Source of the DNA: an uncultured Lachnospiraceae bacterium
GTDB lineage: Bacteria; Bacillota; Clostridia; Lachnospirales; Lachnospiraceae
Length of the DNA stretch: 64,000 bases
Direction of reading: 5' to 3'
Assembly: GCA_900554205.1 (NCBI GenBank)
Contig: USGM01000005.1
Location: 2,230-66,229, forward strand
Below the pieces are notes generated by a model. It saw only the letters and a list, made by a program, of their open reading frames with translations, was not told where the DNA came from and searched no databases. A program made the translations under genes and the position numbers. Shown here piece by piece: positions 47,520 through 55,637 of the stretch (positions are counted from its first letter, which is position 1; every line of letters begins with the position of its first letter).

Positions 47520-48129
47520 AGTTGGTCGAAAAGCGCCGCTCTGTCTCCGGCAGGGAGATTCCGTTTTCCCTGCCGAGCTGGAAGCATTTCAGCATCCATG
47601 CCATATTTCTGGCAAGGTTGCGCATGGTCTGCATTCCCTCCTCGTCGAGCACCGCTTCGCCGGGAGTTCTTCCGTGGGCAATGTTCCAGTAGGTAGAGCC
47701 GACAACCGGCATCTGGCAGATGCCGAAGTATTTATTCAGGACATCGAAGGACGCGGTGGTTCCGCCACGCCGTGCGATGGCAACCGACGCCCCGGGCTTA
47801 AAGGCAAAGCTCCTGCCACTGCTGTAAAAGACTCTGTCAAGAAAGGAGAGGATGCGTCCGCTGGGATGAGCATAATAGACCGGCGTGCCGAAGACGAAGC
47901 CGTCCGCTTCCTTTGCTTTTGCAACAAAGTCATTTACCGCATCATCCGTGAAGACGCAGCCATTTTCCGTACACTGACCGCAGCCGAGACAGTCGCGGAT
48001 GGGATTTCCGCCGAGCTGGAAGATTTCGTACTCGATCCCCTCCTTTTCCAGCTGCTTTCCAATTTCAAGCAATGCGCAGTAGGTGTTTCCGTTTGCCTTA
48101 GCACTTCCATTCAACATTAAAACCTTCAT
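47509..48129 (-). CDS. flavodoxin-like iron-sulfur flavoprotein
   Basis: NGSA...GNT, CLGCGQC....C, GTPVYY and RRGG. Confidence 0.88.
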   Translation of the reverse strand: MKVLMLNGSAKANGNTYCALLEIGKQLEKEGIEYEIFQLGGNPIRDCLGCGQCTENGCVFTDDAVNDFVAKAKEADGFVFGTPVYYAHPSGRILSFLDRVFYSSGRSFAFKPGASVAIARRGGTTASFDVLNKYFGICQMPVVGSTYWNIAHGRTPGEAVLDEEGMQTMRNLARNMAWMLKCFQLGRENGISLPETERRFSTNFIR

Positions 48130-48158
48130 CGTGATTCTCCTTCCGTAGTTATCATCAA

Positions 48159-48367
48159 CAGGCGATTGCAAAACAATAAATTGTCAGAGACAGTTGAGCA
48201 GAATGCACATGGCTACAAGCAGCGCACTCTGGAGCCGCCGACACTTGGTCTCCGTACTGTGGAGACCTATGTGCCGCTGCGAGCGGGGGGTAGCGCGAGC
48301 GTGCCTGCGGTGGCCTGTGCATTTTGTGCAACGTCACTTGCGGAAGTATGTGTTTCGCAATCGCCTG
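48159..48367. mobile_element. MITE-like fold-back element with 17-bp terminal inverted repeats
   Basis: CAGGCGATTGCAAAACA (48159-75) and TGTTTCGCAATCGCCTG (48351-67), one mismatch; nested internal inverted repeats; no transposase. Confidence 0.65.
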
Positions 48368-48510
48368 CACCATACCTTTATTTTGCCCCGCGGGGCGTGT
48401 GATGTCAAGGAAATCTCCGATTGACAGAAGCCGGGAACGTGGTAGTATTGTGATACAACGAATGTTTAAAAGGACTGATGGCAAAGGAAAAAGAATTTTC
48501 AGCATAATGG

Positions 48511-48536
48511 AAACATGTCAGATAGCTGTCGTGTTT
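48511..48536 (+). promoter_or_regulatory. imperfect palindrome, candidate operator for the WYL regulator
   Basis: AAACATGTCAG-atag-CTGTCGTGTTT (two mismatches) just upstream of an extended -10-like TGCTATGGT. Confidence 0.5.
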
Positions 48537-48566
48537 GCTCTGCTATGGTTGATTCATGGAGTTCAT

Positions 48567-49475
48567 ATGAAGATAGACAGACTGATTGGGATTCTTGCGG
48601 TTCTCTTACAACAGGATATGGTGACTGCGCCGGAGCTGGCGGAGCGGTTTGAGGTTTCCAGACGGACGATCAACAGGGATATTGAAGATCTCTGCAAGGC
48701 GGGCATCCCCATTGCCACCATGCAGGGAGTGGGAGGCGGTATCCGCATCATGGAGGATTATAAGATTGACAGGACGCTGCTGACCTCCCGTGATATGCAG
48801 GTGATCCTTGCAGGGCTGCGAAGCCTTGACAGTGTGAGCGGGAACAGCTATTGTGCACAGCTCATGGAAAGGCTGCAGGCGGGTTCGTCGAACTTTGTCA
48901 GCGGAAAGGATTCTATTCTGATAGACCTGTCCTCGTGGTACAAGGATTCACTGGCACCAAAGATCGAACTGCTTCAGACAGCGATCGAGGAGAGACGGCT
49001 GGTCTGCTTTCGGTACTACGCGCCGGGCGGGGAGAGCACCCGCACAGTGGAGCCGTACTATCTGGTGTTCCGCTGGTCGAGCTGGTACCTCTGGGGCTGG
49101 TGTACGGAGAGGAAGGCGTTCCGCCTTTTCAAGCTGAACAGACTGGATTGCCTGACTGCGGCAGAGGAGCATTTTCAGACAAGAGACGTTCCTTATCCCG
49201 ATTTGCAGCACGAACAGATCTTTCCGGGAGGAATCGCGGTAAAAGCACTGATCGACCCTGCAATGAAGTGGAGACTGGTGGAGGAGTTCGGCCCGCACTG
49301 CTTCGAGGTGCAGCCGGACGGAAGACTGTTGTTTCAGGCCGACTATACGAATAAGGAAAACCTGATCAGCTGGATGCTGACCTTCGGCAGCGGTGCTGTG
49401 CTTCTGGAGCCGGAGGACATACGTGAGGAACTCCGAAAAATAGCGGAAGCGATGGCGGAGAGCTATCGCTCCTGA
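48567..49475 (+). CDS. YafY family HTH-WYL-WCX transcriptional regulator
   Basis: MKIDRL..I, ELAERFEVSRRTINRDI, VEPY.L..R..SWYL and FRLFKLNR. Confidence 0.92.
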   Translation: MKIDRLIGILAVLLQQDMVTAPELAERFEVSRRTINRDIEDLCKAGIPIATMQGVGGGIRIMEDYKIDRTLLTSRDMQVILAGLRSLDSVSGNSYCAQLMERLQAGSSNFVSGKDSILIDLSSWYKDSLAPKIELLQTAIEERRLVCFRYYAPGGESTRTVEPYYLVFRWSSWYLWGWCTERKAFRLFKLNRLDCLTAAEEHFQTRDVPYPDLQHEQIFPGGIAVKALIDPAMKWRLVEEFGPHCFEVQPDGRLLFQADYTNKENLISWMLTFGSGAVLLEPEDIREELRKIAEAMAESYRS

Positions 49476-49499
49476 GACGACAGAACAGGAGGAATCAAC

Positions 49500-50129
49500 A
49501 TGGCATTCGACTACAAAAAGGAATATAAGGAATTTTACATGCCGAAGCAAAAGCCGGAGCTTGTGACAGTGCCGAAAATGAATTATATCGCTGTGCGCGG
49601 AAGCGGCAATCCGAACGACGAGGACGGGGAGTATAAGAAAGCGATGGAGCTTCTCTATGGGATTGCCTTTACGATCAAGATGAGTAAGATGGGCGACCAC
49701 CGGATTGAGGGGTACTTTGACTATGTTGTTCCACCGCTGGAGGGCTTCTGGTGGCAGGATGGCATCGAGGGCATTGATTACGGGAAAAAGGAAGCGTTTC
49801 AATGGATTTCCGTGATCCGGCTGCCGGACTTTGTGACAGAAGCGGATTTTCAGTGGGCAGTACAGGAGTGCTCTGCTAAAAAGAAGAAGGATTTTTCAAA
49901 GGCGGAGTTTCTGACTATTGAGGAGGGGATATGCGTACAATGCATGCATATCGGAGCGTATGATGAGGAACCGGCGACTTGCGCGAGGATGGATGCGTTC
50001 CTTCTGGAAAACGGATATGTGAACGACTTCACGGACAGCAGAAGGCATCATGAGATTTATCTATCGGATGCGAGAAGGGTTGCACCGGAACGCCTGAAAA
50101 CCGTTATCCGGCATCCGGTAAAAAGGTAA
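49500..50129 (+). CDS. GyrI-like small-molecule-binding protein
   Basis: PPLEGFWW, MHIGAYD.E and HHEIYLSD.R. Confidence 0.85.
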   Translation: MAFDYKKEYKEFYMPKQKPELVTVPKMNYIAVRGSGNPNDEDGEYKKAMELLYGIAFTIKMSKMGDHRIEGYFDYVVPPLEGFWWQDGIEGIDYGKKEAFQWISVIRLPDFVTEADFQWAVQECSAKKKKDFSKAEFLTIEEGICVQCMHIGAYDEEPATCARMDAFLLENGYVNDFTDSRRHHEIYLSDARRVAPERLKTVIRHPVKR

Positions 50130-50318
50130 CTTAAGTGTGCTATTCTGCAACTTGCTTTACCTTGTGGCAGGTTCGCCTCTTGACAGGCAAAATTTTTGAC
50201 ACTATAATAACTAATGTTACACAACAAACGATGTGAAGAAGGAGAACGAGGTTGTGCCAGCGCGCACTTGACACAAACTCGATATGCGCAAAGAGCGTGC
50301 GCAGAAATGAGGAAAAAT

Positions 50319-51026
50319 ATGCTGAATATTCAACATTTAACGAAAAAATACGGTGATAAAAAAGCGGTGGATGATCTTAGCTTACATATTGTACCCGGTG
50401 AAATATATGGTTTTATCGGTCACAACGGAGCCGGTAAGACGACAACCCTGAAATCAGTGGTCGGCATCCAGCAGTTTGACGAGGGAGAGATTACGATCGG
50501 CGGCAAGTCGATCAAGGACGATTCGCTCGCCTGCAAGAAGCAGCTTGCCTATATTCCGGACAACCCGGATCTTTATGACTTTATGACCGGTATCAAATAT
50601 CTGAATTTCATTGCGGATGTATTCGGAGTGGATGCCGCACAGCGTCAGGAGCGCATCCGTAAATACGCAGATCTGTTTGAACTGACGGACGATCTGGCTC
50701 AGCCTATCGCTGCTTATTCCCATGGTATGAAGCAGAAGCTGGCGATCATCTCCGCGTGGATTCATCAGCCGAAGCTCATCATCATGGATGAGCCGTTTGT
50801 TGGGCTTGACCCGAAGGCGGCGCACATTTTAAAGGGCATGATGCGCGAAATCTGTGACGAGGGCGGAGCGATCTTCTTCTCGACACATGTGCTTGAGGTG
50901 GCAGAGAAGCTTTGCGACAAGGTTGCAATCATCAAGGGCGGCAAGCTGATCCGCTACGGCACCATGGAGGAAGTCAAGGGTGATGATTCTCTCGAGGAAG
51001 TATTCCTCGAACTGGAGGAAAAGTAA
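50319..51026 (+). CDS. ABC transporter ATP-binding protein
   Basis: GHNGAGKTT, YSHGMKQK, MDEPFVGLDP and STH. Confidence 0.9.
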   Translation: MLNIQHLTKKYGDKKAVDDLSLHIVPGEIYGFIGHNGAGKTTTLKSVVGIQQFDEGEITIGGKSIKDDSLACKKQLAYIPDNPDLYDFMTGIKYLNFIADVFGVDAAQRQERIRKYADLFELTDDLAQPIAAYSHGMKQKLAIISAWIHQPKLIIMDEPFVGLDPKAAHILKGMMREICDEGGAIFFSTHVLEVAEKLCDKVAIIKGGKLIRYGTMEEVKGDDSLEEVFLELEEK

Positions 51027-52624
51027 TGCTGAAAACATTGGTAAAAAAGCAGATGCAGGAAATTTTCCGCAGCTATTTTTATGATGAAAAAAAGAATAAA
51101 AAAAGATCTACTGCCTCGACCGTGATGTACATTCTACTGTATGTGCTGATCATGGTGGGTGTGCTGGGAGGCATGTTTACGTTTTTGTCAGTGGCAATCT
51201 GCGGGGCGTTTACGGCTGCCGGAATGGGGTGGCTGTATTTTGCGCTGATGGGACTGCTGGCGATCTTACTCGGAACCTTCGGCAGCGTCTTTAATACCTA
51301 TGCGGGTTTATATCTGTCAAAGGATAATGATCTGCTGTTCTCCCTGCCGATCCCGGTGCGGTATATCATGATTTCGCGTCTGATAAGTGTGTATCTGATG
51401 GGCTTGATGTATTCAGCGGTGGTGATTGTGCCGGCTGACATTGTGTACTGGGTTACAACGCCGTTTTCCGTCGGAACACTGGTGGGACCGATTCTGCTGA
51501 CATTTTTGATTTCGGTATTTGTTCTTGTTCTGTCCTGCCTTCTGGGCTGGGTGATTGCAAAGATCAGCCAGAAGCTGAAGCATAAGAGCTTTATTACGGT
51601 TATTGTTTCTTTAGCTTTTCTTGGAGCTTACTATTTCTTCTATTTTAGGGCGCAGGAAATGATTCAGGATCTGGTTCAGAATGTCATGATCTACGGAGCG
51701 AAGATTAAGGGGGCGGCATATCCGCTCTATCTGTTCGGGGCTGCCGGAACGGGGGAACCGCTTGCTATGCTGTTGTTGACGGTGTTTGTTGCAGCGTGCT
51801 TCGCACTGGTATGGTATCTGATTTCGCGTAGCTTTATTAAGCTGGCAACCGCTACGGGCAGTGCTAAGAGGGTAAAATATAAGGAGACGGCGGTGAAGGT
51901 CAAAAATGTCCGTGCTGCCCTGTTGGAGAAGGAATTCGCGCGGTTTACCTCAAGCGCCAACTATATGCTGAACTGCGGACTGGGAACCATTCTGCTCCCG
52001 GCGCTCGGCATTTTCCTTCTGGTTAAGGGTGGAGACCTTATTGCACCGATGTATGAGATGATAGGAGAGTACTCCGGTGCAATTCCTGTGATACTTTGTA
52101 TGGGAGTCTGTCTGGTGGCGGCGATGAACGATATGGCAACGCCGTCCATCTCCCTTGAGGGAAAGAACCTCTGGTTGGTGCAGTCTCTGCCCGTTACACC
52201 GTGGCAGGTGCTGAGAGCAAAGCTTTCTGTGCAGATACTTCTGACAGCGATTCCGGCGGCATTCTGTGCAGTCTGCGCCGTGGCGATTCTGCCGTGCAGT
52301 ATTGGCACAAAGCTGCTGTCTGTTCTTGTAGTTCTGCTGAATACCGTATTGTCAGCATGCTTCGGACTCAGCCTTGGCGTGAAGATGCCGAATCTGACAT
52401 GGACGAATGAGACCGCGCCGATCAAGCAGAGCGGAAATATCATGATCGCACTCTTTGGCGGCTGGGCATATGAGATGATATTGATTGGACTTTACTTTGC
52501 AGTGAGAAAGTTTATGAGCACTTCTGTTTATCTGTTGGCTTGTGCAGTGATTACAGCTGCTCTGGCAGCAGCACTTTACTCGTGGCTGAAGAGGAAGGGA
52601 ACAAGGTTGTTTGCAGCGCTGTAA
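51026..52624 (+). CDS. ABC exporter permease (large polytopic)
   Basis: KDNDLLFSLP and SISLEGKNLW..QSLPV; many TM helices; translationally coupled to the ATPase. Confidence 0.8.
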   Translation: MLKTLVKKQMQEIFRSYFYDEKKNKKRSTASTVMYILLYVLIMVGVLGGMFTFLSVAICGAFTAAGMGWLYFALMGLLAILLGTFGSVFNTYAGLYLSKDNDLLFSLPIPVRYIMISRLISVYLMGLMYSAVVIVPADIVYWVTTPFSVGTLVGPILLTFLISVFVLVLSCLLGWVIAKISQKLKHKSFITVIVSLAFLGAYYFFYFRAQEMIQDLVQNVMIYGAKIKGAAYPLYLFGAAGTGEPLAMLLLTVFVAACFALVWYLISRSFIKLATATGSAKRVKYKETAVKVKNVRAALLEKEFARFTSSANYMLNCGLGTILLPALGIFLLVKGGDLIAPMYEMIGEYSGAIPVILCMGVCLVAAMNDMATPSISLEGKNLWLVQSLPVTPWQVLRAKLSVQILLTAIPAAFCAVCAVAILPCSIGTKLLSVLVVLLNTVLSACFGLSLGVKMPNLTWTNETAPIKQSGNIMIALFGGWAYEMILIGLYFAVRKFMSTSVYLLACAVITAALAAALYSWLKRKGTRLFAAL

Positions 52625-52681
52625 TACGGCGCAGGGTGTTCCGGCTCCGGAATGGCGTCTCTGAAAAGTTAGATTTTATGG

Positions 52682-52710
52682 GGCTTGCCGAGAAATCGGG
52701 AGGCCTTTTT
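52682..52710 (+). terminator. intrinsic terminator
   Basis: GGCTTGCCGA-gaaa-TCGGGAGGCC then T5. Confidence 0.65.
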
Positions 52711-52743
52711 GTACCTTGAAAAGCTGGAAAAATAGCGAGATTC

Positions 52744-53423
52744 TTATAGTAGTTTCTTTTTTATATGTTTCAAATAGTTCTTTTTGAAATCTCTGATATT
52801 ATTAAAGAAATCCATTTCAGAATGGGTAAATGAATTATTATCTGCTTTTTCGGCTAAAAGTTCCATTGTACAAATAAGGTCAGCAATTTGGAATAATTTA
52901 TAATCCACAGGCTTCACTTTGCGAAATTCCATATGGGTATATAATGTACTGAATACTGATGTAAGAATTTTGGTGAGTTCAATTTGGCCGTTGTCATAGT
53001 AGACAATAACTTTGTCAAAGCTATTCCAAAAGCCTTCATTGCTTCGGAGTATATCAGCCAGAATGTTAGATACTTTTGAAGTCATTGTTATGACATCTGG
53101 GCATTCACTTTTCTTTATTTTGATGCAGGAATATTGAAAGTCAAGTTTACGAGCAAAGTTGAACAAGGCATTGAATAGGCGTTTTCGTTCCTCCACGAAA
53201 TCGTTAGCATATACGGATTCACGTCTTATCAGTGGACCGGTATGGATAGCGTGATGCTGGTAGCCTAAGTTGGATAAATGAGCATCGAAAACTTTTATGT
53301 TTTCAGAAATATCAGTAGATTGATTGTGGAATATCATAGAAACCAAGTAGTAGGGAGCGTGGATTTCATAAGGTCCAAAGTCTCCGGATTCGTCTATGAA
53401 TACGCTAAGTATTTTTCTGACAT
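52744..53423 (-). pseudogene. DUF3800 family (RNase H-like) protein with a frameshift at codon 4-5
   Basis: FIDESGDFG, IHTGPLIR, YYDNGQ and LFQIADL motifs; RBS AAGGA and ATG at 53423 are out of frame with the body because the A-tract has 5 A where 6 would restore the frame. Confidence 0.75.
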
Positions 53424-53460
53424 ATCATCATCCTTTTGTAATAATTTAGAGTATGAAAAT

Positions 53461-53530
53461 GGCGGGGAAATTCCCCGCCGCTCGGTGGACCAGGGTCTTT
53501 CGACCAGCCCTAAATCAACCATTGTTGATT
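53461..53530 (-). ncRNA. candidate structured RNA plus terminator upstream of the DUF3800 gene
   Basis: AAATCAAC/GTTGATTT hairpin, GGGCT-GGTC-gaaa-GACC-CTGGTCC, then GGCGGGGAA-t-TTCCCCGCC-ATTTT; GC-rich patch in AT-rich DNA. Confidence 0.6.
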
Positions 53531-53544
53531 TTTATCTTATGTTA

Positions 53545-53573
53545 ATTATAAGGGAAATATGCAGAGATGTCAA
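53545..53573 (-). promoter_or_regulatory. perfect consensus sigmaA promoter
   Basis: Minus strand TTGACA-17 nt-TATAAT. Confidence 0.85.
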
Positions 53574-53634
53574 TTACCATCCTTTCATTGTTTCTTTTAA
53601 ACAGATGCATGGGTGGATGGAGATTTTTTATAGA

Positions 53635-54621
53635 TTAGTTCTGCTCAAATATTTCCCGCATTTCAGCTCTTGGTTTCATCGTGTCCAGATCGGTATACAG
53701 GCAGACATACTCTACGGTAGTGTATGTGTCCATGGATACCAGGCCGACCTGCTCACCGTATCTGATGGGGTAGGATGGAAACGAATCCACCGGGTCTTCC
53801 TTGTTGACAACAAGTGCGTTACCGAAGAAATCGGCGACTGCTGTCATGGGAGTTGCGCTCGAATTAACTTGTTCGGGAAGATATACCCGATCGGTGATTC
53901 CGCTAAGCTTTATGTCCCGAAGCGGTGTTCCTGTGTCCTCGGAGGTAACATTAAAGAAAAAGCTAAGGGGACACTGCAAGGACATACCGCCGAGTATTTC
54001 CCTCTCATCATTTGCAACGATGGAAAAATAGCCTTCCAGATCTGCTTTTGTATCATCTAAGGCATTTGCATGAAGGGCGATAGTGTCACCCAATACAATA
54101 TCCTCTGACGACGCATCCTCGACAGCAAAGTTTCCCAAACCGTACAAAACATCGTCATCGGTCAGCTGGAAACCGGTTGTATTGTCCACGACTAAATAGG
54201 CGTCCGAATAAGGTGTGCCGTCCGCATGATACCACGCGCTGCCCTTGTTGTTGCTGGTACATTTCAGAACGATTGTACATCCCTGATCCATAATATCGCC
54301 CATTGTCATACCGGGGTAAAAAACGAGATCCCGGACATGGAATCTGCCGTCCCACTGGGACTCTGATTCGCTGTATATCGCCTGGTCTCTGGAATCGGAT
54401 GTTATGTAACCATTCTCCCAATAATATATTTCGTTGATCCAATCCTTCTCGGCAGCAGCCGTTGTTTCCTCGCTGGAATTTGTAGCCTCAGAGGCGGATT
54501 CGGACACCGGTTCAGATACCGGTTCAGACACGTTCGTGCCATCATTACTCGCCTTACCGCATCCTGCAAGGGATATAGCGGCAACTAACAGCGCTGCACA
54601 GCGTAATGATTTATTCTTCAT
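53635..54621 (-). CDS. lipoprotein of unknown function
   Basis: Lipobox LAGC, acidic S/E/P linker, acidic mature domain. Confidence 0.75.
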   Translation of the reverse strand: MKNKSLRCAALLVAAISLAGCGKASNDGTNVSEPVSEPVSESASEATNSSEETTAAAEKDWINEIYYWENGYITSDSRDQAIYSESESQWDGRFHVRDLVFYPGMTMGDIMDQGCTIVLKCTSNNKGSAWYHADGTPYSDAYLVVDNTTGFQLTDDDVLYGLGNFAVEDASSEDIVLGDTIALHANALDDTKADLEGYFSIVANDEREILGGMSLQCPLSFFFNVTSEDTGTPLRDIKLSGITDRVYLPEQVNSSATPMTAVADFFGNALVVNKEDPVDSFPSYPIRYGEQVGLVSMDTYTTVEYVCLYTDLDTMKPRAEMREIFEQN

Positions 54622-54653
54622 GATTTCAGTTCCTTTCAGTTTTAAATAGTGTC

Positions 54654-54698
54654 AAAAAAATGGGTGTCTCCCCAAAAGTCAGACTTTCGGGGAACACC
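54654..54698 (-). terminator. hairpin terminator (IS-end-like palindrome)
   Basis: GGTGT.TCCCC.AAAGTC / GACTTT.GGGGA.ACACC with an A7 tract on + (T7 on -). Confidence 0.6.
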
Positions 54699-54735
54699 TT
54701 AATGTGCGCATAGCACACTCTTTTGTCAATAAAAC

Positions 54736-55569
54736 TTACTTTACAGTCACGTTTGTGATGTGAGGGTTTACACCGTTGTACCAGTAAAGGAAGCCCTCCA
54801 TGTCGATGACATCGCCAACCTTAAGACCTTCAACAGTCTTGTAAACGTCAGTGGTGTTGTCGCAGAGATAAGACTCAACGGTGAAGGTGTAGGTCTGTCC
54901 GTTCAGGGAAACGTTGAAGTACAGATCGCTGTTGGAATCAGCAGAACCGGAACCATCCCAGTTGTACAGGAAAGCAGCGCCGCCCTCGGACTCCTCAACA
55001 GTCATTCCCTTGAAGGAAACGAACTGGTTCTGATAGTTGATCAGATCGTCAGTGCCAAGCAGATCAGTAACGTCGGTTGCCTCTGCGATGTAGCTGCCAT
55101 CCTCGATCTCGAAAGTAGCGCCCTCTGCGATCTCAACCTCGCCGGACCACTCGGTCTTGTAACCGGTAACCTTGATCTTTGTTCCGGGAACCAGCTTTGC
55201 GCTGTCCTCTTCGGAACAGGTCATGTTGTAGATGAAGTATGCACCGTCCTCGTCAGCGGCGTAAACGGTGATCTTGTTGTCCCACCAGGACTGATGTGCC
55301 TGAACATATGCCTCGATGACAACAGGAGACTCAAGCTCTGCTGCAACATAGTCAGCATAGGACATAACTGTCTCGCCGGCAACATCGTTGTTCTCAGCTT
55401 CGCTGGAAACCTCTTCTGTGGATTCAACGCTTGCATCGTCCTTGCTCTCGGAAGCAACGGAGGAAACCTCCTCGGAAGAAGCGCTGGAGTCAGTCGTGCC
55501 GTTGTTTCCGCAAGCGGCAAACGAAAGCACAAGTGTCAGGGATAAAGCCATTACCAAACCTTTTTTCAT
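54736..55569 (-). CDS. lipoprotein with two putative OB-fold domains
   Basis: Lipobox FAAC, acidic linker; VVIEAYV...GAYFIY...LVPGTKIKVTG and LKVGDVIDMEG beta-strand patterns. Confidence 0.7.
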   Translation of the reverse strand: MKKGLVMALSLTLVLSFAACGNNGTTDSSASSEEVSSVASESKDDASVESTEEVSSEAENNDVAGETVMSYADYVAAELESPVVIEAYVQAHQSWWDNKITVYAADEDGAYFIYNMTCSEEDSAKLVPGTKIKVTGYKTEWSGEVEIAEGATFEIEDGSYIAEATDVTDLLGTDDLINYQNQFVSFKGMTVEESEGGAAFLYNWDGSGSADSNSDLYFNVSLNGQTYTFTVESYLCDNTTDVYKTVEGLKVGDVIDMEGFLYWYNGVNPHITNVTVK

Positions 55570-55637
55570 AATAAAACACTCCTCTTTTCTAAAAAGATTT
55601 TTACGACACTGTAATTATACCTTAAAATTGACAGAAA

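Noticed and set aside
48200..48330. 6S RNA
   Set aside because: Long hairpin is enclosed by transposon-like terminal inverted repeats and shows no 6S features I can recognise; reported as MITE-like instead
52710..52722. TGTACCTTGAAAA as an att site of the DUF3800 islet
   Set aside because: No second copy found on the other side and no integrase; unsupported
53278..54060. 260-aa plus-strand ORF
   Set aside because: Antisense to a lipoprotein and the DUF3800 cassette; no recognisable motifs or RBS
54498..54530. Short 12-bp tandem repeat
   Set aside because: Encodes the SEPV-SEPV low-complexity linker of a lipoprotein; ordinary
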